From positions 544,001 through 608,000 of the forward strand of contig JBGPIA010000001.1 in assembly GCA_041484665.1 (NCBI GenBank): a stretch of DNA of 64,000 nucleotides, in the 5' to 3' direction. The stretch is from Candidatus Krumholzibacteriia bacterium. GTDB taxonomy: Bacteria > Krumholzibacteriota > Krumholzibacteriia > JAJRXK01. The notes under the pieces were generated by a model. It saw only the letters and a list, made by a program, of their open reading frames with translations, ran no database searches and was not told the DNA's origin. The position numbers and the translations under genes were made by a program. This document shows, piece by piece, positions 9,017-18,761 of this stretch (the stretch's first letter is position 1; each line of letters opens with the position of its first letter).

Positions 9017-10858
9017 ATGACAAACGGTTCTGCGCTCTTCTCCATCAAGCGGCTGCTGCTCGGCAGGCCGATCCCTTCCTACGCCGCCCTGCACGAGCGG
9101 CTCTCCAAGAAGACGGGGCTGGCCGTCCTTTCCTCGGACGCGCTCTCGTCGGTTGCGTACGCCACCGAGGAGATCCTGCGCACGCTGGTGCTCGCGGGCG
9201 CCTCAGCCATCTGGCTGGCGACGCCGATCGGCGCCGTCATCGCGGGCCTGCTGCTGGTGGTTGCCTTCTCGTACCGGCAGACGATCTTCGCCTACCCTAG
9301 CGGCGGTGGCGCGTTCATCGTGGCGAAGGAGAACCTGGGTGCCCCGGCGGGGTTGGTGGCCGCGGCCGCGCTGCTCATCGACTACACGCTGACCGTCGCG
9401 GTGAGCGTCGCGGCCGGGACGGCGGCCGTCACATCGGCGGTGCCGGCACTGCAGGCGTGGCGGCTGCCCCTCACGCTCCTGTTCGTCGCCCTGCTGGCGA
9501 TGGGCAATCTCCGCGGCATCCGCGAGTCGGGCCGCATCTTCGCCGTCCCCACCTACTTCTTCCTCGTATCCCTGATGTTGATGATCGCCCGCGGGGCGTG
9601 GCTAGCGGTGCGAGGCGAGATCCCGCCCCCGGAGGTGAGCGACGCCGCCGTAGCCACGGGCGTGACGACCTTGACTCCGTTCCTGGTGCTGCGCGCGTTC
9701 GCCAACGGCTGCACCGCCATGACCGGCGTCGAGGCGGTCTCCAACGGCGTCCCCGCCTTCGAGCCTCCGGAGTCGCGCAACGCCGCGGCCACGCTGCTGA
9801 TCATGGCCGGGCTGTGCGTGACGCTGTTCCTGGGGATCACGCTCCTGGCGCGCACCTTCGGGATCATCCCCGCTCACGACGAGACGGTAATCTCGCAACT
9901 GGGACGGGCCGTGCTCGGCGGCCGCGGCCTGGCCTACTACCTGGTGCAGGCGGCGACGATGCTGATCCTGGTCCTGGCCGCCAACACTGCCTACAGCGAT
10001 TTCCCGCGCCTTTCCTCGGTGGTGGCGCGGGAGCGCTTCCTGCCGCGCCAGTTCATGAACCAGGGCGACCGGCTGGCGTTCACCAACGGGATCCTGGTGC
10101 TGAGCGGCTTGGCCGCCCTGTTGCTGGCGATCTTCCGGGGAGATACCCACAAGCTGATCCCGCTCTACATGGTGGGGGTCTTCGTCTCCTTCACGCTGTC
10201 TCAGGCGGGAATGGTCGTGCACTGGCGCAAGGAGCGCGGGCGGCAGTGGCGCCTCCATGCGGCGGTCAATGGCGTGGGCGCAGTGCTGACGGCCGTGGTC
10301 ATGGTGGTGGTCGCCGCCACGAAGTTCCACGAGGGCGCGTGGATCGTGGTCGTCCTGATCCCGATCCTTGTGCTGCACTTCCTGGCGATCCGCCGGCACT
10401 ATGCCAAGGTGGCGCAGCAGCTCACGCTGGAGGGGTACGTCCCCCCCCCGCGCCGCCACCACATCGTGATCGTGCCCGTCGGCGATCTGCAGCGGGCGGT
10501 GGTCGAGGCCCTGCGTTACGCCAAGACCCTCAGCACCGACGTGCGCGCCATCTACGTCGACGTGGATCCCTGGGCCACCCTCGACTTTCACAAGAAGTGG
10601 GAGGAGTGGGGGCAGGAGATCCCGTTATTCGTGCTCTCGTCACCGTATCGGTCGCTGATGGAGCCGCTGATGGGCTACATCGATGAAGTCACCGGGGGCA
10701 ACGAGGACACGTTCCTCACCGTGGTCCTCCCGGAGTTCGTCCCGGCGAAATGGTGGCACCACCTGCTGCACAACCAGCGGGCGCTGCTGATCAAGGGCGC
10801 GCTGCTCTTCCGGGCAAATACCGTCGTGACGAGCGTGCCGTTCCACCTGCGCGGCTAG
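9017..10858 (+). CDS. APC-family permease, KimA/YdaO-like (probable K+ transporter)
   Basis: SSDALSSVAYATEE, AYPSGGG and GVEAVSNGV motifs, about 12 TM segments, and a C-terminal domain with SPYRSL and LHNQ. Confidence 0.9.
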   Translation: MTNGSALFSIKRLLLGRPIPSYAALHERLSKKTGLAVLSSDALSSVAYATEEILRTLVLAGASAIWLATPIGAVIAGLLLVVAFSYRQTIFAYPSGGGAFIVAKENLGAPAGLVAAAALLIDYTLTVAVSVAAGTAAVTSAVPALQAWRLPLTLLFVALLAMGNLRGIRESGRIFAVPTYFFLVSLMLMIARGAWLAVRGEIPPPEVSDAAVATGVTTLTPFLVLRAFANGCTAMTGVEAVSNGVPAFEPPESRNAAATLLIMAGLCVTLFLGITLLARTFGIIPAHDETVISQLGRAVLGGRGLAYYLVQAATMLILVLAANTAYSDFPRLSSVVARERFLPRQFMNQGDRLAFTNGILVLSGLAALLLAIFRGDTHKLIPLYMVGVFVSFTLSQAGMVVHWRKERGRQWRLHAAVNGVGAVLTAVVMVVVAATKFHEGAWIVVVLIPILVLHFLAIRRHYAKVAQQLTLEGYVPPPRRHHIVIVPVGDLQRAVVEALRYAKTLSTDVRAIYVDVDPWATLDFHKKWEEWGQEIPLFVLSSPYRSLMEPLMGYIDEVTGGNEDTFLTVVLPEFVPAKWWHHLLHNQRALLIKGALLFRANTVVTSVPFHLRG

Positions 10859-10920
10859 CCGACCGCCCCGCAGGCCGGGCGCGCCACGCGCACCATGCGC
10901 ACGCCGCGCTCGCTTGCAAG

Positions 10921-11025
10921 CCCCCCCCCCCACCATCCGTCTCCGCCCTCGGTCTACACCGTTGGTCTGCACCGTCCGTATCCACCATCCATCTCCACCA
11001 TGCGTCTCCACCCTCCCTCTCCATT
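10921..11025. repeat. C11 tract plus seven degenerate 13-bp tandem units (consensus about TCCACCRTCCGTC)
   Basis: Units start at 10929, 10942, 10955, 10968, 10981, 10994 and 11007. Confidence 0.8.
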
Positions 11026-11026
11026 G

Positions 11027-12193
11027 TCAGTCCAGGCGCTTGCGGAAGCGCAGCGAGGCCAGCGCGAGCGTCGTACCCCCGAAGCATGCCAGTACCACCG
11101 CGTCCACCCAGAGCACGTCGAGCCCGGCACCCTTCAGGAATACCCCGCGGATGATGTGGTTGTAGTAGCGCAACGGGATCACCCTTGTTGCGACCTGCAT
11201 CACGTGGGGCATGTTCTCGATGGGGAAGATCAGTCCCGACAGATAGATCATCGGCACCATGAACAGGAAGATCGAGCTCATCATCGCCTGTTGCTGCGTC
11301 GTCACCACCGTGGATACGAACAGGCCCAGCCCCAGAGTCGTCAGCAGGAACAGCGTGGTGAGGGCGACCAACAGCACGAGCGACCCGCGAAGCGGAACGC
11401 CGAAGACGCCGATGGCCACGGCCGTCACCAGCAGCATCTCGACAATCCCCAGCAGACCGAACGGCAAGAGCTTGCCGACGATCAGCTGCCAGGGGCGCAC
11501 CGGGGTGACCAGCAGCTGCTCGAGGGTGCCGATCTCCTTCTCGCGCACAACGCCCATCGAGGACATGATCATCGTCACCAGCATGAGCACCATGGCCAGC
11601 ACCGCCGGCACGTAGAACCAGCGACTGCGCAGGTCGGGGTTGTACCAAACGCGCGGCACGAGCTGGATCCTGCCAGGGCCCGCCCGGACGGCGGCCGCGG
11701 TCCCGCTCCCGCTTCCTGCGGCGCTCGCCACCAGGCCCTGCAGCTGCTGCAGGAGCAGCCGGCGCCTCTCCTGCGCCACGATGCTCCCGGCGTAGCCCAG
11801 GCCGACCATGGCCGAGTTGGCGTCGCTGCCGTCGGCGATCACCTGCACCTGCGGCGCGCGCCCGGCGATCACGGCCTTGCCGTACCCTGCGCCGATCACC
11901 AGCGCGAGCTGGGCGCGGTTGGTGAGCAGCCAGCCGTCGATGGCGCGTACGCTCTCCTCCTGCCCGACCAGATCGAAATAGCCCGACGACAGGAAGCGGT
12001 CGACCAGCTCGCGGCTCTGGCGCGAACGGTCGTAGTCCACCAGCAAGGTGGGCGTATGGTTGACGTCGGTGTTGGCCGCGTAGCCGAACGCCAGGATCTG
12101 CGCGATGGGACCCACCACCAGCATGGGGATCATGCGCCGGTCGCGACGCAGCTGCAGCAGCTCCTTCACCAGCAGATTCAGCAGGACGTTCAT
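11027..12193 (-). CDS. ABC-2 type permease (YbhR-like)
   Basis: KELLQLRRD, DGSDANSA, WYNPDL, REKEIGTLEQL and SGLIFPIENMP motifs. Confidence 0.93.
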   Translation of the reverse strand: MNVLLNLLVKELLQLRRDRRMIPMLVVGPIAQILAFGYAANTDVNHTPTLLVDYDRSRQSRELVDRFLSSGYFDLVGQEESVRAIDGWLLTNRAQLALVIGAGYGKAVIAGRAPQVQVIADGSDANSAMVGLGYAGSIVAQERRRLLLQQLQGLVASAAGSGSGTAAAVRAGPGRIQLVPRVWYNPDLRSRWFYVPAVLAMVLMLVTMIMSSMGVVREKEIGTLEQLLVTPVRPWQLIVGKLLPFGLLGIVEMLLVTAVAIGVFGVPLRGSLVLLVALTTLFLLTTLGLGLFVSTVVTTQQQAMMSSIFLFMVPMIYLSGLIFPIENMPHVMQVATRVIPLRYYNHIIRGVFLKGAGLDVLWVDAVVLACFGGTTLALASLRFRKRLD

Positions 12194-13320
12194 GTCGCAC
12201 TCTCGCGCCGGGCCATCCGCAGATACGCCAGCGTGAACACCACCGCGCCGTAGGCCGCCAGGAACGCCATGCTCTTCCAGTACGGTGCAAGCCCCGATCC
12301 CTTGAGGATGACTCCGCGCAGCGCCACCAGGTAGTAGCGGGCAGGCACCGCGTAGGTGATGGCCTGCAGGACCGTCGGCATGGAGCGTATCGGGAAGATG
12401 AAGCCCGACAGCAGGATCGCGGGCAACAGCGACGTCACGGTCCCGACCTGGTAGGCCATGGCCTGCGTGCGCGCGAAGCTGCTCACCAACAGTCCAAAGC
12501 CCAGCGCGCCCATCAAATAAAGCAACGTTGCCACGAACAGGTCGAGGTAAGGCCCCTTGACCGCCACGCCGAACAGCACGCGCGCCACGATCAGTATGAT
12601 CACCGTCGCGAGCAGCGAGATCGCCAGGTAGGGGAGCGCCTTCCCCAGGATGAGATGGTGCGGCCGCACCGGCGAGACGTGGAGCTGCTCCATCGTGCCC
12701 CGCTCCTTCTCGCGCACCACCGACATGGCCGTGGAGAGCACCGCCGTGAGCATGAGGATGAAGCCGATCAGTCCCGGCACCAGGAAGTGGGTCGAGCGCA
12801 ACTGCGGGTTGTACCAGACGCGGGGCCGGTAGGCGATCGCCGCAGGTAAAGAGCGGCCGGCCAGAAGCGCCCGCGCCTCCAGGCGGGCGCCGTCGACCTG
12901 CGCGACCAAGGCGTCGGCGTAGCCCAAGAGCGTGGTCGCACTGTTGGCGTCGGTTCCGTCGACGATCAGCTGCACCGGCGACGTACTCCGGTCCGACAGG
13001 AGCGCTCCATAGCCCTGCGGGATGACCAGGATCGCCCGGGCTCGCCGCCGCTGCAGCAGCGCGTGTAGATCGGCGTCGGGCGAAAGACTGGCCGCCAGGT
13101 CGAACCAGGGCCCGCTGGTGAACGCCGTCACCAGCTCGCGACTCTGGGCGGTGTGGTCGCGGTCCTGTACGGCGAGCTGGACGTGCTTGACGTCGAAGTT
13201 CAAGGCGTAGCCGTAGAGCAGCAGCATCATCGCGGGCACGCCCAGCAGCATCATCAAGCTGAACGGATCGCGCACCGACTGGCGCAGCTCCTTGAGCGCG
13301 ATGGCCCGGATCTTCCTCAT
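12190..13320 (-). CDS. ABC-2 type permease (YbhS-like)
   Basis: Starts MRKIRAIALKE. Contains DGTDANSA, REKERGTMEQL and SGFIFPIRSMP. Confidence 0.93.
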   Translation of the reverse strand: MRKIRAIALKELRQSVRDPFSLMMLLGVPAMMLLLYGYALNFDVKHVQLAVQDRDHTAQSRELVTAFTSGPWFDLAASLSPDADLHALLQRRRARAILVIPQGYGALLSDRSTSPVQLIVDGTDANSATTLLGYADALVAQVDGARLEARALLAGRSLPAAIAYRPRVWYNPQLRSTHFLVPGLIGFILMLTAVLSTAMSVVREKERGTMEQLHVSPVRPHHLILGKALPYLAISLLATVIILIVARVLFGVAVKGPYLDLFVATLLYLMGALGFGLLVSSFARTQAMAYQVGTVTSLLPAILLSGFIFPIRSMPTVLQAITYAVPARYYLVALRGVILKGSGLAPYWKSMAFLAAYGAVVFTLAYLRMARRESAT

Positions 13321-14435
13321 GGCGCGGGCTGCCCTCCCACGCGGTCGGCGCCCCGCGTCTCGGCGCTCGCGCTGGCGGATGGTCCGCCGCGAGTGCCGGC
13401 CTGCGCCACGCCCGCGCCGGACAGCCGGGCTGCCTCCTGCTCCTCGATCAGGTGCAGGAACACGTCCTCCAGCGCCGGGATGATGACCTGCACGCCGGCG
13501 GGAGCGCTGCCGAGCTGCTGCAGCAGGTCCTGGGCGAGGCGGCTGCCCTCCTGCGCGTCGCCGACCAGCAGGTGGATGCGGTTGCCAAAGACAGTGGCCT
13601 CGATCACCCAGCTCTGCTCTTCCAGGGCGTCGAGGGCAGCCAGCGGATCGGGGCAGCGAACCTCCAGCAGCGCGCGACCCTGGAAGATGCGCCGCAGCTC
13701 GCTGACGCTGCCCAGTGCGATGAGCCGCCCGGCGTGCATGAGCGCGATGCGGTCGCAGTGCTCGGCCTCGTCCAGAGCGTGCGTCGTCACGAAGACCGTG
13801 ACGCCCGTTCCGGCCAGGACATCGATCTGTTCCCAGAAGCGCCGCCGCGAGATAGGATCCACGCCGCTGGTGGGCTCGTCGAGGAACAGTACCTGCGGGC
13901 GATGCAGCACCGCGCAGGCCAGCGCCAGCCGCTGCTTCCAGCCCCCCGGCAGCGCGCCCGCCAGACGGTCCTCCATCCCGGCGAGCTGCCCCATCTCGAT
14001 CGCCCAGGCCGCGCGCTCCCTCCATGGCTGGCCGCGCAGGCCGTAGATCCCGCCGAAGAAGCGCAGGTTCTCGCGCACCGTGAGATCCTCGTAGAGGCTG
14101 AAGCGCTGGCTCATGTAGCCGAGCTGCCACTTCACGCGCTCGGGGTGCGCCGCCACGTCGACGCCCAGTACGTGCGCCGAGCCGCCCGTCGGCGCCAACA
14201 GCCCGCACAGCATGCGGATCACCGTGGACTTGCCAGCGCCGTTGCTGCCCAGGAAGCCGAAGATCTCGCCCGCGCGGACTTCCAGCGTCAGGTCGTCGAC
14301 CGCTGTGAACGTGCCAAACCGCTTGGTGAGTCCCCGGGTCCGCACCGCGACCGCGCCGCCGGGGTTGGCCGCAGGCGCGGCGCGTCCTTCCGGCGACGAC
14401 CCGGGCGCCCGGCCGGGCTCGCGCTGCCCGTTCAC
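13317..14435 (-). CDS. ABC transporter ATP-binding protein
   Basis: Walker A GSNGAGKS, variant signature LPGGW, Walker B LFLDEP. Confidence 0.93.
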   Translation of the reverse strand: MNGQREPGRAPGSSPEGRAAPAANPGGAVAVRTRGLTKRFGTFTAVDDLTLEVRAGEIFGFLGSNGAGKSTVIRMLCGLLAPTGGSAHVLGVDVAAHPERVKWQLGYMSQRFSLYEDLTVRENLRFFGGIYGLRGQPWRERAAWAIEMGQLAGMEDRLAGALPGGWKQRLALACAVLHRPQVLFLDEPTSGVDPISRRRFWEQIDVLAGTGVTVFVTTHALDEAEHCDRIALMHAGRLIALGSVSELRRIFQGRALLEVRCPDPLAALDALEEQSWVIEATVFGNRIHLLVGDAQEGSRLAQDLLQQLGSAPAGVQVIIPALEDVFLHLIEEQEAARLSGAGVAQAGTRGGPSASASAETRGADRVGGQPAP

Positions 14436-15847
14436 CGGCCGCCTCCCACGGCGCGCTCCAGTTGCGCCGCGGCCAGTTGCAGGCGCGCGCGGGCCTCGGT
14501 GTAGTCCAGCCCGGCGCGCAGGAGCGCCGTCTCGGCATCGAGCAGCTCTGAGGATGGCATCATCCCCTCGCGGTAGCGATCGGTGGCCACGCGCCGGCTC
14601 TCCTGAGCGCTAGCAAGGGCGCGCGACGCGACCGCAACGGACTGCCGCGCGCTCGCCAGCTCGAGGGCCCGCTCGGTCACGTCGAGGCGGATCCGCTCGT
14701 CGAGATCGCGCAACGCGAAGCGGACCGCCTCGCCCTGCGCCGCGGCGCGCGCGACCGAAGATGAGATCCGCCCGCCGTCGAACACGTTCAGCGAGAGGCT
14801 CACCGCAACGTCCCAGGAGTCCTCCCACTTCGCCTGCTGCGGCAGGATCCTGCGATTCGGGTTGGCGTAGTCGTAGCCGCCCGAAGCCAGCAGCTGGGGC
14901 CAGCGCGCCCCGCGCGTGGCGCGCACCCGCGCCTGTGCCGCCTCCGCCCGCGCCGCAAGCGCGGTGCGCTCAGACCGGCTCGAAAGCGCGGCCACCACCA
15001 ACGAGTCGACGCTCGGCGCCACGGGCACGAGGCGATCCAGTGGCTCGCGCGCGGCCAGTCCCGTTGTGCCCGACACTCCCAGCAGGCGTTGCAGGTTTGC
15101 TTGCGCCACACGCGCGCGCTGCGACGCCTCCAGCCGTGCGAGCTCGGCGCGGTCGCGCACCACTTCCACCGCGAGCACCTCGTTACGCGCGGCCAGGCCG
15201 AGCGTCTCGCGATTGCGGGCGTCGCGGGCGTGCGCTTCGTAGGTGTCCACGGCCGTGGACATCACCCGCTCCGCCTCCCGCGCCGACACCAGCGTCCAAT
15301 AGGCCGTGGCGCTCTCCAGAGCGATGTCGGCGCCGGCCGTGCCAACGTCCGAGCCGGCGGCATCCCAGTCGCCCGCAGCCGCGTCCACCTGCCCAGCGAT
15401 CCGTCCGCCGGTGAACAGCGGCAACCAGAACCCCACGCGCGTGCGGGAATTCTCGGGAATGTTCGGGAAGAGCGTCTGAGTGCCGAGGCCCGGCAGCGTC
15501 ACGGTGAGCTCCGGCACGTCGGACTGGCGCGTGTAGACCGCCGATAGATCCAACTGCGGTAAGCGCTCCGCGCGAGCTCCGCGCAGCGTCGCGGCCGCCG
15601 CCTCCTGCAGCGCCGTGGCGCGCCCCAGCGCCGGCGAAGCTTGCCGGGCGCGGGTCAGCGCCTCCTCCAGCGTGAGCGCGAGGGTGTCGGGCGCGGCGGC
15701 ACTCGGCTGGGCCGGCACCCGCGTCGGCGCTTGCGCCGGCGCCTGCGCCTGCGCCCGTGCTGGCGCGGGGGCCATCGCGCATGCCAGCAGCAGCGCGGCC
15801 GCGGACGCCGCGAATTCCGCCGCAGGCACTGCACGCGCACGCCTCAT
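14432..15847 (-). CDS. TolC-family outer membrane efflux protein
   Basis: Signal peptide, two OEP-like halves (LPQLDL..PLFTGG; WPQL..VFDGG) and operon context. Confidence 0.9.
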   Translation of the reverse strand: MRRARAVPAAEFAASAAALLLACAMAPAPARAQAQAPAQAPTRVPAQPSAAAPDTLALTLEEALTRARQASPALGRATALQEAAAATLRGARAERLPQLDLSAVYTRQSDVPELTVTLPGLGTQTLFPNIPENSRTRVGFWLPLFTGGRIAGQVDAAAGDWDAAGSDVGTAGADIALESATAYWTLVSAREAERVMSTAVDTYEAHARDARNRETLGLAARNEVLAVEVVRDRAELARLEASQRARVAQANLQRLLGVSGTTGLAAREPLDRLVPVAPSVDSLVVAALSSRSERTALAARAEAAQARVRATRGARWPQLLASGGYDYANPNRRILPQQAKWEDSWDVAVSLSLNVFDGGRISSSVARAAAQGEAVRFALRDLDERIRLDVTERALELASARQSVAVASRALASAQESRRVATDRYREGMMPSSELLDAETALLRAGLDYTEARARLQLAAAQLERAVGGGR

Positions 15848-16926
15848 GGCCGCACCTCCCCATCCGTCCCTTGGCCCTCTGCTGCCGCGCGCACCCGCGA
15901 CAGGAAGATGTCCTCCAGCGTGGGCGTGGTCGGGCGCACCAGCTCGACGGTCAGGCCTGCGGCGCGCAGCGACTGCTCGAGCTCGCGCGCGGTCTGCTCT
16001 GCGGCCGCGGCGCGCGCGGGCGAGAGAGTCACGTGGAAGCGTTCGCCGAAGGTCTGCAGATCCAGCACCGCGGCGTGGCCGCGTAGCACCTGGGCGGCCT
16101 GCCGCTTGGGGCTTGCCATCACCTCAAGCATCGCCCCGCGCCACTGCGCCCGCAGCGCCTCGGGCGTGTCCAGCACCAGGAGGCGGCCCTGGTGCATGAG
16201 CCCGACGCGCTGGCAGCGCTCGGCCTCGTCGAGGTAGGGGGTGGTCATCAGGATGGTGAGCCCCTCGCGCTGCAACGCGACGAGCAGCTTCCAGAAGTCG
16301 CGGCGCGAGACCGGATCCACGCCCGTGGTGGGCTCGTCGAGCACCAGCAAGCGCGGGGTGTGGATCAACGTGCACGCCAGCGCGAGCTTCTGCTTCATCC
16401 CTCCCGAGAGCTGCGCGGCGAGGCGGCGGCGGAACGGGGAGAGGCGCATCCGCTCCAGCAGCTCGTCGCGCCGGGGCTTCCAGCCGCGCACACCGTGGAT
16501 CTCGGCGAAGAACGCCACGTTCTCCTCCACCGAGAGGTCCCCGTACAGCGAGAAGCGTTGCGACAGGTAGCCCACCGCACCGGAGAGGGCCATGCGCTGG
16601 CGCTGCGGGTCGAGGCCGCAGGCGCGCAGCGTGCCGTGCGCGGGCGGCACGAGGCCGAGGATCGAGCGCAACGTCGAGGTCTTCCCAGCCCCGTCGGGAC
16701 CGATCAGACCGAACATCTCGCCCGCGCGCACCTCCAGGTCGAGGCGATCGACCGCGGTCAGCGCGCCGTAGCGCACGGTCAGCTCGCGCACCGTCACGAT
16801 GGCGGCGCCGGGGGCGGCGCCGGCGCGATCCGCGGCGGCGCCGGGCCCGCGGGTGGCCGCGCCCGGTCCGGCCGCGCCGCCAAGAGCCCCGGTCGAGGAT
16901 CGGGCGCGATCCTCGCGCGCGCTCAT
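15844..16926 (-). CDS. ABC transporter ATP-binding protein
   Basis: GPDGAGKT, LSGGMKQK and LVLDEP motifs. Confidence 0.93.
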   Translation of the reverse strand: MSAREDRARSSTGALGGAAGPGAATRGPGAAADRAGAAPGAAIVTVRELTVRYGALTAVDRLDLEVRAGEMFGLIGPDGAGKTSTLRSILGLVPPAHGTLRACGLDPQRQRMALSGAVGYLSQRFSLYGDLSVEENVAFFAEIHGVRGWKPRRDELLERMRLSPFRRRLAAQLSGGMKQKLALACTLIHTPRLLVLDEPTTGVDPVSRRDFWKLLVALQREGLTILMTTPYLDEAERCQRVGLMHQGRLLVLDTPEALRAQWRGAMLEVMASPKRQAAQVLRGHAAVLDLQTFGERFHVTLSPARAAAAEQTARELEQSLRAAGLTVELVRPTTPTLEDIFLSRVRAAAEGQGTDGEVRP

Positions 16927-17915
16927 GGCTTCGCACCCGTGCCAGTCGCCGCGTGCAGCACCGCCTCGGCAGGCATTCCGGGCTTGAACAGGCCGTCCTC
17001 GTTGTGCAGCGCGATCTTGACGCGGTAGACGAGCTTCACGCGCTCCTCGCGTGTCTGGACGTTCTTGGGCGTGAACTCGGCCTGGGATGCGATGGCGGTC
17101 ACCGTCCCCTGCCGCGTCTGACCATCGTCGGTGCGCACCTGCGCCGGTTGGCCGACGCGCAGGCGCGCGAGGTCCAGCTCGCCGACGTACGCGGTCAGCC
17201 AGGCGTCGTGCAGGTCGGTGATCACCGCAAGCGTCGCCCCGGGCGCCACGAGCTCTCCCTGTTCCACGGTCTTCGCGGTGACGATGCCCGCCCGCGGACT
17301 GTGGACGACAGCGTCGGTGAGCTGCTGTCGCAGCTGATCGACACGGGCGTGCGTGGCGGCCAGGCGAGCGCGCGCACCGTCGATCTCCTGAGGCCGGCTG
17401 AGCGACCGTAGCTTGCGCAGGCGCTCCTGCGCGCCGGCCAGCGAGGCCGCGGCCACGTCGCGGCGCGTCCTGGCGTCATCGCGAGCCTTCACCGCGCCCG
17501 AGCCCAGGTCGAGCAGCCCTTGCATGCGCGAGAGATCGCTCTGCGCGCCGGTCAGGTCCGCCTGCGCGCGGTCGACCTGGGTCTGCGCCTCGGCGATGTC
17601 CTCGGTCCGTGCGCCGGCCAGGCGCAGGCGCAGGTCGGCGTCGACCTGGTCGCGGTCGGCGCGTGCCCCAGCCAGCGCCAGACCGACATCGACCGTGTCC
17701 ATGCGCGCCACGACCTGCCCCGCAATGACCGTATCTCCCTCCTGCAGTGTGAACCACTGCAGCGTCCCGCCCAGCTTGGTGGCAACGTGGATCTCGGTGG
17801 CCTCGACGTGGCCCGTGGCCAGGATGGCGCTGGGATCTCCGCTGTGGCCGCACGCCGCCAGCAGCAGAAGCGCCGCCCAGCCGGGGAGCGTCCGGTCTGG
17901 TGCCATGCGATGCAT
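16923..17915 (-). CDS. HlyD-family periplasmic adaptor (YbhG-like)
   Basis: Lipobox LAAC, GHVEATEI, coiled coil, AEFTPKNVQT and KPGMPA. Confidence 0.92.
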   Translation of the reverse strand: MHRMAPDRTLPGWAALLLLAACGHSGDPSAILATGHVEATEIHVATKLGGTLQWFTLQEGDTVIAGQVVARMDTVDVGLALAGARADRDQVDADLRLRLAGARTEDIAEAQTQVDRAQADLTGAQSDLSRMQGLLDLGSGAVKARDDARTRRDVAAASLAGAQERLRKLRSLSRPQEIDGARARLAATHARVDQLRQQLTDAVVHSPRAGIVTAKTVEQGELVAPGATLAVITDLHDAWLTAYVGELDLARLRVGQPAQVRTDDGQTRQGTVTAIASQAEFTPKNVQTREERVKLVYRVKIALHNEDGLFKPGMPAEAVLHAATGTGAKP

Positions 17916-17916
17916 C

Positions 17917-18573
17917 TCATCCCCCCTGCCCGGCCCCCACCGGCGTCGCGCCGGCGAGACCGCGCCTGAACAACTCGGTGATGTGCTCGATGTACTCATC
18001 CTCGGTCGGCATGTACAACTGCACGCGCCTCCCCTTGACCAGACGCTGACGCACCGGTGCGGTGGCGAAGAAGAAGATCACGCTTCCGATCATGCTGACG
18101 TGCGTGGCCACCGGATCGACGTTGCGGAAGACTCCTTCACGCATGCCTTGCTCCAGGATGCCGCGTACGAGCGCCAGGATCTCAAGGGGATAGGTGAGCG
18201 GAACTGCTGGAGCGCGCCTCCCCCCGGCCATGGCCTCGCGCAGCATCATCGCCGGGAATTCCGGGTGGGAGCCCGCGAACTCGCGTAGGACCAGGACGAA
18301 CGCGCGCAGTGCCTGATCGGGCTGAGGCGTCGACGCGCGCATCGCCTGCAGGCGCGCGAGCAGCGGCTCGAAGGTCGCGCGCAGGATCGCGTCGTACAGC
18401 CCGGCCTTGCCGCGGAAGTGGTAGCTGATGAGGGCCCGGTTCACCCCTGCCGCGCGGGCGATCTGCTCCACGGTCGTGCCGTCGAAGCCGTTGCGGGCAA
18501 AGAGCTTGGCGCCGGCCGCCCGCAGCGCGACGCGCGTCGCCTGGGAGCCGCGCTGACGGTTCGAACGTGGCAC
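17917..18573 (-). CDS. TetR/AcrR-family regulator
   Basis: Helix-turn-helix LFARNGFDGTTVEQIARAAGVNRALISYHF. Confidence 0.95.
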   Translation of the reverse strand: MPRSNRQRGSQATRVALRAAGAKLFARNGFDGTTVEQIARAAGVNRALISYHFRGKAGLYDAILRATFEPLLARLQAMRASTPQPDQALRAFVLVLREFAGSHPEFPAMMLREAMAGGRRAPAVPLTYPLEILALVRGILEQGMREGVFRNVDPVATHVSMIGSVIFFFATAPVRQRLVKGRRVQLYMPTEDEYIEHITELFRRGLAGATPVGAGQGG

Positions 18574-18600
18574 GCCCCACCTGCTGCCGGACGTCTGGTA

Positions 18601-18662
18601 TTCAACCGTTCGTTTGAATCAAACGTTTAGTTGAATCTAGGCCCAGGCGTGCCGCGTGTCAA
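18601..18662 (-). promoter_or_regulatory. Promoter of the efflux operon with a double palindromic operator
   Basis: TTGACA (18662-18657)-N17-TAGATT (18639-18634). Two (T/A)TCAA-N8-TTGAA boxes at 18601-18618 and 18618-18635. Confidence 0.8.
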
Positions 18663-18761
18663 GCGTTCGGGGGGGCGATCGGAGCTGGGCGGTGGCCGGC
18701 GCCGACGCCCCCGCTCCGCCGGTCGGCATCGCTCGCCGCAGGTTGGATTCCCGCGGGCCGA

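Noticed and set aside
10441..10449. C9 tract in the kimA-like gene as a phase-variation site
   Set aside because: It is in frame (Val-Pro-Pro-Pro) and unremarkable at this GC content.
10921..11025. CRISPR array interpretation of this and the other short repeats
   Set aside because: The units are 12-16 bp and tandem, with no unique 30-40 bp spacers and no cas genes.
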